From Antedon mediterranea (Eukaryota; Animalia; Echinodermata): a stretch of 64,000 nucleotides of DNA. Where the stretch lies: NCBI RefSeq assembly GCF_964355755.1, contig NC_092673.1, positions 9,052,001 through 9,116,000 on the forward strand. Direction: 5' to 3'. A program made the translations under genes and the position numbers. Numbering within the stretch: the stretch's first letter is position 1; every line of letters starts with the position of its first letter. Positions 12,301-26,080 of this stretch are shown here, piece after piece. The notes below the pieces were generated by a model that did not search any database, had not been told where the DNA came from, and saw nothing but the letters and a program-made list of their open reading frames with translations.

Positions 12301-15300
12301 TGTTAGGCAGGATAGTCAGACGCTCACATCACTATGACACTTGTGAATAAATAGCTAGCTTGTCTTGACAAGTTAGTGAAACAGTGTGGTTGTCTTGATC
12401 AATTTATTCGGTTTTTTAGGCTATTTCGTGGTTCATTTTACATCAACATTTTCATTTTCAGACTTGTGCTAAACAGCGTATAGAGACTATTTTAATTTTG
12501 CGCTATATAAATTTAAAACCATTAACCATCACAAGGATTTACATAAAGACTAAGGCATCACAAAAATCGATAAATTTAAGAACTAGAAATATTTTTTACA
12601 AAAAAACGCTGCTCGCTTGTTGACAGTTTTAAAGATCCCCTCGAAAAATATTTTTTATTTCAAATTTGTTTTTGAATGTGTCATTTTATTGTCACATAGT
12701 AATAGTTATTCATGTTAACCAAACAATTATTTACCTGAAAAAAAAATGTAATTTAAAGCAAAAAATACTTAAATCTTTCTCTTTTTATACATGAATAAAT
12801 ATTTTTTTGCTACAGAAGTGAATAACTTTTGTTTAAAGTAAAATACAACGAGAATTCATACTTTGATATGTCATAATTGAAATTGAAAAATAACAAATAC
12901 TGAATCTCTAAAAGATGATGTGCTTATTAAATAATTTCAATAAAAATAATGTTTAAATAATATTACTTTATTATACTAAACAGATTTCTGTCACTTTATT
13001 TTATTGCTAAGTCTGGGGTCACTTCATCAAACAAATTGTATCCTATTACAAACAAAAACTTTACTATTATATGGACTGTTTTGATAATAATTCAATGATT
13101 ATCTGACAGCGAATTACAGTATTATAATATCGGTCTAGATTGACAGTCAAATGGGACTCATTGTAAATACCAGAAATAATGTTTTGATTATTTGACAGTG
13201 AATTACTGGCCTAGGTTGATAGCAAGAACAAAGTCATTATTTATTGAACAAGATTTTACAGATTACTTTCTACATGTATCTATATAATAATGTATTATCA
13301 GCAAATTTTTTCATAGACTCCCAGACATGCTTTGGGGTTTGTAATTTTAGCATGACTTGTCCTAGTTTACAAATCATCAAAAACGTCGGCCTCTAGAACT
13401 ATAACTGCTGCGTCTGAATGAGTAGTCCTCTTGGGACGTAGCTGGCTAAAGCAGCAGTGTTATTATTGCAATTTGGAAATGGAAGAAAGAAACAGAAGAA
13501 AGAAACTTGATAGTGTTAGGAAATTAGAAAAAAAAAAAAGGTGATGGATCCCAATTTTTAAATATTTGTAAAAAAATTGATCCTGTTAAAAAATGACCCC
13601 TAAAATTAAATATACTAGATCATCTAGGTCACTCCCACACTGGAAGAGAGATTGAAATATATTTCTAAAAATGTATGTTTTACAAAGTAAAATAGTATGT
13701 GTTATAACATTTTTGAATAGTTTACAATTACAATATTGTAATTAAATTATTGTAAATTGAATAGTCTGCAGCAAAGAATCCTCATATTATTGCGTCAACA
13801 ACCATAGATGGTGTGTACCACATTAGGAAAACACCCCTATTTGGGCCGAGATTTTTCTTTTCGTACATAAGTTATGTGAAAGATAGGCGAACTACTTCCT
13901 AACCCTCTAAATAATCTCTCTCATGAAATTAAAAAGAAGTTGCTAATGGGATTCGAACCCGATACATCGACATGCATCGACATGTAAAGTCTATATCCAT
14001 TTGTGTACACAGATGGCTCGACGGAAAGCGTTTGCATTAGTGAATTGTAGGTTAATTCTTACGTCACACCTTATGGATGTGATTTATGAATATTCATGTT
14101 TATGTTGTGACGTTTCGTGAGGGGTCCCCAACTTATGTACGAAAATAAATATCGCATTTAGGCCAAATCGATTATCTCCAGAAAAAATGTTACAGGAAGA
14201 CATTTTTTTGTATTTTGTTAGCATTCCCAGTATATACCATTTAAAACTTAAAGAGCCACTAACATTTACATGTTCCAATAAAAAAATAAACAATATGAGA
14301 AATTGATTTTAAAGTTGTATTGTAATATTTTTGTTGTTGAATATGCCATTTTAATGTGTCATAATAAAAATTGGATCGAAAAAAAAATTATAAAGTTTAT
14401 ATGTTGTGAATTTGATAAATATCTACAAGAGGTTTGATATATGATTGGTAAATGCGAATTCATAAAATTGCGCCTTGATGACGTCACATTGATCACGCTA
14501 AAAAGCTTCTTATGGCCATGTTTTAATTATGGGAAAGATATTGTGAGAAAATCAGTGAGATTTTTGAAATACAGTTTGTAGAATAACAATCTTATTTTAC
14601 AAAAAATATCAACTTATTGCTTTGTCAGTTTTTGTCAATTACATTTAAATTGATAAGAAAAATACATAGGTAAATGAGAATTGTTTCCGTGACATTTTGT
14701 TAATCAGTCTTATTTTTCCCCAAAAAATGAATACTGATAGGTTGAGGCATTGACGATTAACGAAGTAGTTTGACGTCAAAGGTAATTATTCAATATGCAG
14801 CATCATTTGACCTTTAGATATCACAAGCATTCCATTAAACAATATATTCCACTGTTAATAGTTTTTATTAAGGATTGGTTTTCTATGATCTATGATAATA
14901 ATTTAAGATATAAAAATGATGTTATGGTACAAAAAATTGTCTTAATATCATCTTATATCATGAAGAATTCACAGGTACAGGACACCTCCATGATTTCTGC
15001 TGAATAACCATTTGTAGAGTGTATTTTAAATACGGTAGTTGCATATCATGTACATGTTGTAATGCAAAACTGGTCTTACCAAGCATCCAACAGGAACACA
15101 GACCTCTTCATGTTTGTTTGTTATTTTAACAGATACATAAAGAAAAAGAATATTAATTTGTTTTGTTAAATTTTAATTGCATCAGTCAGGTTCCCCTGAC
15201 ATCACTTTGATCAATAAATTAAGACTCATTTATACGAAAATCAAAACCATAGTAATTGGGTTACACTAAAAAATTGTACAACTTTCATATTCTTCACACA

Positions 15301-17187
15301 CTACAAAAAATGAGATACTCCACATGTCTCCCTATTGCAGTGCTCTTTCCAGAAATCAATATTTTGTTCAAAAATAATTTCTGTACTATTATTACTAAAC
15401 AACAATTAAGCCAACTGCCTCTTAAACAACTTAAACCTCATAACTGTACACATTAAACCTATTAACTCTGTTGGTTTCTTTGGTGAAATAATTTAACTTG
15501 AATAAGTAAACATAATAAACCTAATAAGACCGTCTAAAACATCATAATACTGTTTAATAGTTAATTTCATTCTTTACAATAATTATTAGCATTTAAAATC
15601 TAAGATTATTTATGTCGTCAATTTCTTGCTTTCCAGTCATTATTACTAAACTAAACAACAATTAAGCAAACAAAAAGAAATAGATAAAGACATGATCAAT
15701 TAATTAAAAATCGTATTGCATTTAATGTAATTTTAATTCATGTTCCATAAATACATACCACAAGAAAGACATACAACATTTACGATAATTTTGAAGGGAA
15801 GTCTAATGTATTCATTTCTAATTATAGGAAATTGCTATTAAAATTTGTAATAAATTAAATGATGTATAAACACCTTTATGTTAGACTGGTGCCAGCACCT
15901 AACACATTCTATACAGTCAATTCTAATGATATACAGAATTTATTAGATAGGATATGTTTATATAACAACTAACAATCTGAAACAAATGTCTTGCGTCATT
16001 CTTATGAAAAAAACTAAATCACTTTTATCCCAAAAGATCTAGCACACACATCATAATGTTTATATATATATATATATACACACAATATATCTGATACAAA
16101 ATACTGTAAACTGAATAAATCTTGTGTAAATACCGCTTTACATTGCATATTCTATCCAATCGGTAACTAAATTCATATTACATAACTCCCGGTGTGCACA
16201 TACATATAATGACATATAATGACAAGTAATGGTATGTCACTGTTCACACCATTGTAATAATGAATGATCATTTTTTATTGATTTGGAAAAAAAGGATAAT
16301 GCACCAATAAATTTAAGCTGTCAAAAATACAATAATAATTAAACACTAACAAATAATACATGTTCTCATGTCGTGGTTGCATAAGTGTCAGTAATCCACC
16401 ACAGAAACAGTATGCAAAAACAGTATGTATAGTGTAATGAATAAAATAACTAAGTAACAGATAACAATAATTACATAGAATTGTTCAGCCAGATTTTAAC
16501 ACACTTTATTTCAGTTGTGAATTGTAACAACACTACTTTCTAATAAGTATTGCTTTGATGGTTCAACACTGAAAACTGTTAGGTCACTAAGTACCTCATA
16601 TGTCAATTCATATAAAAATTGGTACATACCAATTACAGGATCTTCACATATTACAATTACGGTAATGTCCAATTTTCAGAATGCATTTTTTTAAAATAGG
16701 GTTTTAAATACTTCACTTCAAGCATAAAATGCTGTTGTCCAGATGGAGAGAAAGTTGACTATGCTAGCACACCAAATAGTGTGTACCAAGTAAAGTAGAC
16801 ATATACATGTGTTTGAACACATCACAAAATAGGTTGTACTAATTAATACATCACATTCTTATAAATAATAATAATGATTTCAATTAAATTGCAGCAACAA
16901 CTAGAAAAATGATACAATATGGTACAATACGCATTATTATTTACACATTATGTGCATGTCTATTGTATCGCGAAACATATTGTTTTTTTGTAATCCAGTG
17001 ATGTCCAATCATCCTTGGTTTCCATGGAGTCTGTCAACAATGTGGATATGTATAACATCGTCATTTAGTCCTTGGAAGGTGTCGATTTTCAGCTAACTAT
17101 TTTGCTCACTACTAACTGTGGTATACTGCAACGTTATTACATTTACCTAGTTTGGTAGGGTTCATTATTTACTGTTTTGTTTTTATT

Positions 17188-17370
17188 TTAACATTCAGCC
17201 TTCTTACTTGTCCTTAACAATTGTTGGTAAATGTCAGATTTAAGAAATCTAGGATATGAGTCTTTTTCCATCAATGCTTCAATGCGTTTTTGTGCATTAT
17301 CAAATGTGTGTTCGTCTGCTTTGCGTACATTTGACGTCGTCTCTATCCTTGTAGCAGAATCTAGATTTAC
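17188..17370 (-). CDS. RGS: RGS protein (R4/RGS3-4-5-like), last coding exon
   Basis: tttctttcag acceptor, then VNLDSATRIETTSNVRKADEHTFDNAQKRIEALMEKDSYPRFLKSDIYQQLLRTSKKAEC* (183 bp, phase 0). Carries the RGS-box motifs VNLDS and MEKDSYPRFLKS. Confidence 0.95.
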   Translation of the reverse strand, partial: VNLDSATRIETTSNVRKADEHTFDNAQKRIEALMEKDSYPRFLKSDIYQQLLRTSKKAEC

Positions 17371-17712
17371 CTGAAAGAAAATTAATAGCTATTAGAGTAC
17401 TAAATTTACAAAACAAATATAAAAACAACTTTGTATGAATACTGATGAGAAATGCCATAGTGAGTAGTTTATAATGCAACAGACGTCATTGAACATTAGG
17501 CAATACTTTTTACTTGAAATGCTGCTACAAACAAAGTAATTGCTACGTTGATAATTTGATGATGTGAGCGAAGAAATTCTTCATTTAGAGACGCTGTTGC
17601 AGGTAATCTTATAAATTCTAAAATCTAGCCAACTGGCAATAAAAAATGTTACTTTAACCTTTACTATTTAAACCAAAGTTTTTTAATTGGTATAAAATAA
17701 TTTTATAATTAC

Positions 17713-17876
17713 CTCTCTTGGAGCTTGAGTTGCTACGAAGTCTTCATGTATTTTCCGTGCACGATTTGTATGTTTCGATGGTGATAGCATTCTGTATTCT
17801 TCACATGCTAACCAAAATTCTATATTTTCATCACTAAATTCTGTCTGTAAAAATTGTCTGAAAGCCTCCAGACCAC
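17713..17876 (-). CDS. RGS: RGS protein, middle RGS-box exon
   Basis: AG/GT bounded, 164 bp, phase 1 in and phase 0 out: (C)GLEAFRQFLQTEFSDENIEFWLACEEYRMLSPSKHTNRARKIHEDFVATQAPRE. Not shown in the ORF track. Confidence 0.95.
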
Positions 17877-18034
17877 CTAAGAGATTAAAATATCAATTAT
17901 TATAGTCAATTATTTGTATTTATAAAGAAGGAAGATTTTTCTATAACTATAACTTTTCAATCAAGACAATTTAGTAATTACCAATGTACCAATTAATTTA
18001 GTAGTGTATACAAGTATTAATAATATATATCATG

Positions 18035-18312
18035 TAATTACGTAGCCATAACATCGGCAGAGGTTCGAGGCTCACTCACTCCATGGTTCTGATGGTAGAA
18101 CGAGTCTTCTCGGATAAGGACTATAAACCATAGGTCCAGTGTACACATCTAGCTCCTGTGCACTTTAAAGAACCTAGTACATCTTTCGAGACGAGTAGGG
18201 GGTTACCCCAATGTATTAGTACATCACAGCCACTGATCACCAACTGGGCCCTCTGGGAGACCAGTCTTTGACTGAAGAGGTTACCCAGTATAAATATAAA
18301 TTTCAATTTCAA
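18035..18312 (+). mobile_element. tRNA-derived SINE with Meta-type core, 5'-truncated, antisense in an RGS intron
   Basis: B-box ggttcgaggct, core ctcggataaggactataaaccataggtcc and tail aatttcaatttcaa. Head and core are near-identical to the copy at 24260-24540. Confidence 0.75.
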
Positions 18313-18407
18313 AAACAGTTTATTATGAATTAAATTTTGAATAAAAAAAAAGACTATTTTTTTTAAAATTTCTGACAAAATGATGAGATTTATGTAAAAT
18401 AACTTAC

Positions 18408-18565
18408 ATTTATCTCTTAATAATCTATCAAATGAATCACTCCATTGTTTGACCTCTTGAAGAGTGCATGGTGGCAGTGGTGGCTTCAACTTCTCTGTGT
18501 CTCTCAGAGCGCTATCTGTGTGTCGTCGTCGTAGTGATCGCACTTTATCCTTCAAATCCTTTGCA
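18408..18565 (-). CDS. RGS: RGS protein, common exon (start of the RGS box)
   Basis: tttgttttcttcag acceptor (phase 2), then AKDLKDKVRSLRRRHTDSALRDTEKLKPPLPPCTLQEVKQWSDSFDRLLRDK, then a gtaagt donor in phase 1 that joins the next exon. AKDLKDKV parallels the AKDMK motif of vertebrate R4 RGS proteins. Confidence 0.9.
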
Positions 18566-19721
18566 CTGAAGAAAACAAATGAAATTCTGTCACTAACTTT
18601 ACTTTTCATTGAATTACTATTATCCTGTCTATCGAGCATTATGGTAATGTGTGATTGAGAACAGAGAAGAAATCCTAGTAGAGATTTACTTTTCATTTGC
18701 AAAATAGTAAGATGTACTAAGTGTGGTTGCATCAACAGATGTGATTGTAGCAGGCTGTGATACACAGGTATATAACCAACCAGGAAAAGCTCACGTGACA
18801 ATAAGTAGTAGTCAGCAAACAGCTGATTATATATAAAGGTGACTTCATCAGCCTCTACTTGCCATTTAATATCACACAATCATACTGCCATCTTTAGTTT
18901 TGTGTGGAGGTGTTATTCAATTCACACTTATGATTTCCTTGTATTATGGTCATGGAAGTAAATAACTTCCGTTTGAATTTTCAACCCACATGGGCTTTAA
19001 AATTACTAGGCAACACCTATGTTTATTTCTTAATATTAATTACTAATCAATATCAAATAGAGATCATGTGATATTTGAATTGCAAAATATCAAGGTTTTG
19101 GTTTTAATTACTAATTGAAATTCTAATAAATGAATACTATTTAACAATGAACTAATATATATGATGTAAGACAAAGTCCAAATGTATCAACAGCAGCTCA
19201 TTAATTAATCATAGAATAAGATAAGATAATATAGAAAGGAGTATTAAAGGTTTGGAATATGTAAATTACATTTTAGAATTGTGTTCAATTGTAAATGATT
19301 TTATAATTTGACAAAATGATCAATAATATAAATAATAATAAATAATTTTGTTTGTATATAATTAAAATAATAATAATATTAGTAATAATAATAATAAAAT
19401 CTAGTTTAGTAAATGGGCCTGTTTTTGCTATGAGTTAACACAATTTAGCGTAGGGGGTAAAATATCTATTACAATGTATTGTAAGTGTGTAATGACATAT
19501 TAATAATAAAACAATAATATAAATGAAAGCACTCAGAAACTGAATGAAGCACTTGGCAAAATTTATCGGGGAAAACTATATTTGGAGAGAGAGGGCTCAC
19601 TACTTTTATTTATAATTATTTCAGTCCATGTTAAATGAATACAGAGAGTGTGCTATTTAATATCATATGGAAGATGCATGCAAGTCAGATTTTAATATAA
19701 TAAGCTTTTGTGACATAACTA

Positions 19722-20460
19722 CCGTACTGACGCGGGTATAAGCCCATACTCGGGTATAAGCCCACCCCCGACTTTTGACTAACTGAAAATCATAGGCATG
19801 TTCTGTAAGTATATACCTATTAACACCCAAATATTCAGTATGATGACTTAAAGACCCATTCCCTACAATTTTTTATGTTTTGTAAAAATATTGCATACTG
19901 TATATTACTTTAAAAACATTAAACCAGGTCATTCCTTGTCTTAAATGTACGTTTTATGGTAAATTATGATAAAAAGAGAGAAACAAAGCACTACCTAAGT
20001 AGCTCGCGGTGAATGTCCTCTTGTGGACGGTTTTAGCTAGCCTAGATAGGCTTAGTTTTGTAGGCCTAGCTTGTAAACAGCAGTAATGTACCAACATTGT
20101 ACCCTAGCTATAGGCCTAGCCTGACATCTAGTTGCTGCAATAATTGTCTTTCTGTTTTTGCCAGAATTCATTAATACAAATTGTAGGAAAATCAGTATTT
20201 TCACTGAAAAGTTAAGAGTCTTTCATTTGTTTTGGTCTCACGATCGATTGAAAAGTGGGTGGTGAATTGCAGAAGAAAAACAAAAATATCAATCCGTGCG
20301 AAAGGCATGTTGGGATTTTAATTTTTTTAGAATCCCCTTATTGTTCACTTTTTTAACCATATAAAGGCGACAAAATTTATCGCAACAGGACCTTATAGTA
20401 TTTATTTTTACATTAAATGTAGTTGTGACCTTAAATTAAATCTAAAAAACGTAGTTTAAG
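19722..20460. mobile_element. Tc2/pogo-type non-autonomous element, one terminus (same family as 41857-42676, inverted)
   Basis: TA + ccgtactgacgcgggtataagcccatactcgggtataagcccacccccgacttttgactaa is the reverse complement of the right end of 41857-42676. The stretch 20130-20450 resembles 50630-50940. Right boundary uncertain. Confidence 0.65.
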
Positions 20461-23400
20461 AATTGTGGATGCAGCAAATTCTGTAAAGTTAGCAACATTT
20501 TATTTTTCCAAGTAATAATGAACCAAATGTGTTAAAATATATCTCGGTAGGCAGTCACAAATGAGTATAATACATGAATAGAAATGTATTTGAATTTGAA
20601 TAACCATCCATACTGTAGTCATTAACTTTCAATCAATATAATATTCAAATTTAATTCATGTAGTTGGTTACTGTAATTAGATTCCTTGAAAAAAGTGCAT
20701 TGCAACCACATTCAACAACAGAATATTAAAATACCAATTTAGTTTTATAATAATGTATTCAGTATATTTTGTGTCATGAACACATGTAATTAATTAATTT
20801 AACTTTGATTAGCATTATTTTATTTTATTTTTTAAATGCTTTCATTTCAATTAAAATACAAAAAATATTGTAAGTTGTTTTCAACTAGCGAGTAGTCAAT
20901 ATTAAAATGTCATAATTGAAATTCTTCATGCTCTATAGAGGGCACCATTCATAATTTACAGATTGCAAAATAGAAAAATATTTTGAAAATGTATTTCTTG
21001 GAAAAAATTGTGAATTGCGTTTGGAACAAATGATAATTGGTGGTCTAACTCTTCCCTGATGATTTGTTTTCTTAGAGTTTGTTGTATGTATACCTATAAC
21101 TAGCATGTTCAACCACTGATACAATGTTACAACTTGGCCTGCAAGCCAATTTGCAGTGCAAACTTTTACAGTACATGTAGGAATAATTTATTAGATAAAA
21201 CAATTTACAACTTGATACAAAAAAGTACAATATGTAATATATCCTATGGTTTTTCCATAAAATAAGGTGAAGTTGATGTTGCCTGTAGGTCAAAGTTGTG
21301 AAGATATCACACACTAAGACCAAAAAAGAAAGTGTATTTGTCCAACACATATCAATAGTAAGCTTTCGAGTTGCGATGACCGACAAACTAACTAGGTCAA
21401 GTTGATGTGTCGTTGGTCATCTGGAAAACTTAGTAGAGGTTGGTAGCGAGAAAACATGTCCTAATATCCCTGTATGCACATTAGTAACATGACATACTCT
21501 GGTAGTCATTCACTGCAGGTTGGTCCTCTCTGGAACCATACTACTAAAATGTTTTTATTTTATAAATATTTTAAGTACTTATTGTATAGAAATGTATTCA
21601 TTTTTATTTATTTATTTTAAGTCTCCATACCACACGCTAGTAGAAACTTAACTGCAATTATAAATATACAATATCAATTTGACTTCTATGCAAACACTTG
21701 TAGGCGAGACATGATGTGTGAATATGATTCATTAAATGAATAGCTTGTTTAATGACTCACGTTATCACAAAATAAAGATGATATATATCATAAATTCCAT
21801 TTTACTGAAATTGACAGATCCAAGAAATAACTATTATAAAATCTATCAATATACAGTAAAATTAGAATGATCTGATGTCAGTTTAATATGAATCTATTAA
21901 TCTCCTTAAGAATGGCCACTATGAAATATGATGAATTCATATGTCAATGGTTAAGTTTGAGGAGGAAGATCATTCCAGTTTTAAATTCTTCAATAGGTTA
22001 AAAAATGTGTTAATTATCAATGTGAAAGATAACATTCTTTCTAAATTTCATACTGATTTTATCATACAGTAATTATTTATTCCCTTAATGTTTAAAGTGT
22101 ATGTAATAAATTTAATAAAATTTGCTGGTAGAAATAATGGTAAATCACAAATGGGAATAAAATGTTTAAAATTAAAATTCATAAATGTGTCATTGTCAAA
22201 CAATTTATCCAATTAAATATTCTGAATCAATATTTAATGTGTTTAATGTGTGTACAACTTTCATGGCACTAAATCATCTGGGAATATGAAACAATCTCTA
22301 TTATTAATATACTGACATTAAGTATCTTAGTTTATTACCTTTGACCCAACATGCAAGTTTTTGGTGAACAAGAACATGGTTATTTTTGCCTTATCAACAT
22401 CTGGGACATTCATTTTATGTTATGAATTTCTCAACAGACCTATTATACTAATGTATAATAAATATATAAATGACAGTTTGCAGTGCCTTTTCCTGAAAAA
22501 AGAGTATAAATGTGACTTTGTGTAGATTTTATAATACTAGTGGGATAAATTCACTTTATCATGTTTACTTGAAAGTGCCTGTAGTACTGTACACTGTATT
22601 TTGTGTACCCAATACAGTACTTTCTGAAAATGATTCCCGGCATGAAACTTTCAAGAATTCAAAGGAGGATCCAGCATTATAGATTAGGGAGGGCTAAATA
22701 TTTCATAAATGATAAAAACGATCTGTCGGTTTGCAGAAAAATAATAATAGTTATTATTTTATTTAAATTTTAGTGGGGGCTGTTTATCCCCCGCCTAAAT
22801 GCGCGCCTGGAATTGCAACCACTTGCGAATTTTGCGAACGTTTAATGTGCACGTAAGTTTCTGGTTTTACATTTTTTTTATAACTACTATTTTGTATTTG
22901 GGAGGAAAATTCATACAGAATATTGCAGATGTTATATTAATTGGCTAATGAAAGTATTGTATATTTAATGGTAAATTTATGGATTGAAAAAAGTGTATTT
23001 AAACAAATCCAGACAGATTTATGGATAAATCCACAATTACTACCCAATTAGATGAAAAACAATTTGGTAACCGACTAGAAACAAGTAAAACTTTCGAAAT
23101 TTGAAAATTGTTTTAAAGTTGTTTTTAAGCTGTTGTGTTATCACAATATAATTTGTTTACTGTATATAATAGTTTTTATATTTTAATCAATTTTATATAT
23201 TGATTTTTTATATCTACCCGCAAGATTTTATATTGCCAAGAGAGTATGAAATAAAAGCCATGATTATTATAGTATTCTATAAAGTATAGTTCATTTGAGA
23301 TTCAACTGATCTTTGATAAATATCTGCAAGGCTAATCTGAATTAATATGATGACTATGGTGGTTTCTATAGAATATCTCTGAACTTTATTAACAATTTAA

Positions 23401-23689
23401 CAGGTAGCATACCGTAATAGATTTGAACCATTAACACTATGAAGTATTTCATAAGACAATGTGAACATGTCCAGAAAACTTTCCATCAGATTTTAAACAA
23501 ACAGAGGTAATACAGAGTAACAACAACCTTTTTACTTAAAAAACAATACAATTATTACCAACAAGGTGTAATTAGATCAAATCTAATGGCCGCATGGCCA
23601 GACGGCAAATAACTGACAGTGATCTCCTTATCCCCTGACTTTACTTGGAACTTTCAGCTTCAATGCTCCAACTTTTTTTTAGTTATCCT

Positions 23690-23970
23690 TACTCTTCCTT
23701 AAAATGTTCCTAAAGAACCAGCTTCTTGTTTAGTTGCTTCCTTTTTCCTATCTTTTCTTCTGAGATGGGCAATTTAATTTAATTTTTTTCATTTAATTTG
23801 TTATTCTAATTTGTTTGTGCTTTGTTTTATTTTGTTTATCTTTATAAATTCTATTCATTTAATTTTTATTGTTACATGTTTGTCTTGTCATGTTTTTTTT
23901 AGGCCACCCTAATGATCAGCTTTCGCTAGATGGAGCACTCTCGTAAAATATTGTTGAAATAAATTCCATA
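23690..23970 (+). mobile_element. Probable LINE 3' UTR remnant
   Basis: A T-rich UTR followed by a cagctttcgctag stem-loop region and aataaa. The layout resembles the tail at 58215-58295. Confidence 0.3.
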
Positions 23971-24259
23971 TAAAAACAACTAATGGGCATATTTGAATTA
24001 CACATTTTTAACAATACATCAAAAACATTTTTCATTGTAAAGGAAAATTATCTGCAGAAGTGTATTGATTAAAAAAAATATTGATCCCTGTAGCAATTTT
24101 AAATTAACTGTTAACTTTGAAACACATTTGTTATATTATATTGTTGTCTAAAAAAAATGTTTACAAATCTTAATTTGTTTCTTTATTTGACCAGCATGAT
24201 ATCAATTACAATAACATAGAATAAAAAAATAAAAAAAAACATTTCTATTACCTGATTTT

Positions 24260-24540
24260 TAATGTAATGTAATGTGACATTTATATAGCACTATTTAATG
24301 AAGATCAGAGTGCTGTGGACTTAGATGTTACACCTTTACAACAAAATTCTTCTTCCCTAAGGGCCCGTTAGAAAACACACACACGAGCAATATGCATACA
24401 CTGGAGCTACGGTTTATAGTCCTTATCCGAGAATACTTGTTCTACCACCAGAACCATGGAGTGAGTGAGCCTCGAACCCTTGTCGATGTTATGGCTATGG
24501 ATTACGGTTCCACTGTCTTAACCGCTCGGCCACTCACTCC
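24260..24540 (-). mobile_element. Full-length tRNA-derived SINE, Meta-type core, L2-type tail
   Basis: Minus strand: A-box tggccgagcgg, B-box ggttcgaggct, core ggataaggactataaaccgtag, tail agcactctgat...agtgctatataaatgtca(catta)n. Confidence 0.85.
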
Positions 24541-24715
24541 TCCTCACTCAAATATTTAAAGTCCGGATAGATGTTATCTTTTTTTTTTCTTTTCAATAAT
24601 TTTTTTTCTTTATAAAATCAGCTACAAATACAGGGTTGTATGTATTATCAATTATTTAATAGACAGTGCTAAAAACAATACAAGCCGCAATAAAGTTGAT
24701 GTCTGAAAATATTAA

Positions 24716-24971
24716 AGATATGTTGAATATGCCATTGTAATGTCACCTAAAGTAATATTCACTTTGACCAAAAAAGAATAACCTGAAAAAACGTAATTTA
24801 AAGCGAAAAAATACTTGTCTGTCAGACAACGGTTTTGGTTAAAATTAACCGTTTCTTTTGTCTTTTTATAAGTGAAATTATTTATTTTTTTTCAAAGAAG
24901 TGAATAACTTTATTAAAACTGCAAAACAGCATATTCAAACATTTTTCATGTTTTTGGAGGACAATACATCT
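24716..24971 (+). mobile_element. Kolobok-like MITE family K, internally deleted copy
   Basis: TTAA-AGAT...ggacaatacatct-TTAA, with an internal sequence matching 40255-40600. Confidence 0.7.
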
Positions 24972-25899
24972 TTAATATTCATTTAAAAAATTATCATAGT
25001 GTCATATTCACCCCTTTAGTAACTTAAGCAATGAATTATATAACAATAATATATTTTGTAAAAATCAGATTGAAAAAAAACCCCCTAAAAACTCAAAGGT
25101 TCAAAGGTATTTCTGATGCTAAATATTACTGCTGTATCATACATGACAGTATCATGAATGAATCAAACGATTTTAATGTATTATTAATATTGTTTATTTA
25201 TAGCCTTGAAATAAAAGAATATTTAATTGAATAAAATGGCATGAAAGTAATTAAATGGACAATATTTCAGTAATTGGCAGATGTGATCTATAAAATACTT
25301 GCTTAATATGATCACAATATCTATATCAGGGTGGTAGGGGGAGGGGATTCAGACACTGAGTATTTGAGTCACAGCTGCCATTACCAACCAAACATTTTGT
25401 GCATTCATTGTGAACACCTACATGGGAAGTACCAAAGGTTGAAAGGGAAAGTCCCCCTCGAGGCCAGTGTGATAAATGCCAATAATCAATTAAATTGAAC
25501 TTATATTGTTAAATTTTTTGTTAATCATTTATTATCGACGTTGTTTTCATGTTGCTTCTTGAATTTATTTAATTTAAATGATCAATGTTCCTGTTTCTTT
25601 GTGCAATTATTACAGTAGTTCGTCAATGCGCTAACAAGGTATATGGCCTATAGCGACTATGCACCGGGTGCGTCGGACTGTCAACAAAATAACGATTATT
25701 TAATTAAAAGCAATACTGTACGGAATAAGGAATTATATGCCTTAACTATGTGGACTGTCAGAGACAGATTCTGTTTTGATAGGAGTAAGGGGGTAGTGGG
25801 CGTTTACTGTAGATTAAGCATGTTGCCCTGATTATGGGCTGTATACTTGCTTAATTATGATGTAATCATGACTCATGTAATCAAATAATAGTTGATATA

Positions 25900-26080
25900 C
25901 TATATATCTATATGATACTAATGTAGTGATGAGATCTGTATGATATCTATAACTGGCTTATGTGATCAAATATCTATACGTAGTATGATGAGTATCTATA
26001 TATAATACTGGCTTAGTATGATATGATCAAATATTTATATGATACTGGCTTAGTATGATGTGATTAAATATCTATATGGC
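25900..26080. repeat. Degenerate tandem repeat, ~37-bp unit
   Basis: tatctatat(g/a)atactggcttagtatgat(g/a)tgatcaaa recurs about 4-5 times, imperfectly. Confidence 0.6.

Larger units (their letters stand above)
11590..12525 (+). mobile_element. L2-clade LINE 3' fragment with 3' UTR
   Basis: NSAAHLVT..KFQHITPVLRRLHWLPVEKRI, then a frameshift, then RSFVVAAPKLWNSLP..FKAHLKTHFF* (11981). An L2-type tail agcgtatagagac...gcgctatataaat lies at about 12475-12512. Confidence 0.85.

Noticed and set aside
17188-17202. C-terminal KAEC as a prenylation signal
   Set aside because: A single terminal Cys does not fit CaaX, CC or CxC motifs.
18121-18407. C-terminal part of the 252-aa ORF
   Set aside because: It reads through the gtaagt donor at 18407 into intron and SINE. 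RGS homology continues in the exon at 17876 instead.
21270-21545. GC-richer unique segment tested as another RGS first exon
   Set aside because: I found no ATG-initiated frame ending in a phase-2 GT donor. It may be regulatory, but that is unsupported.
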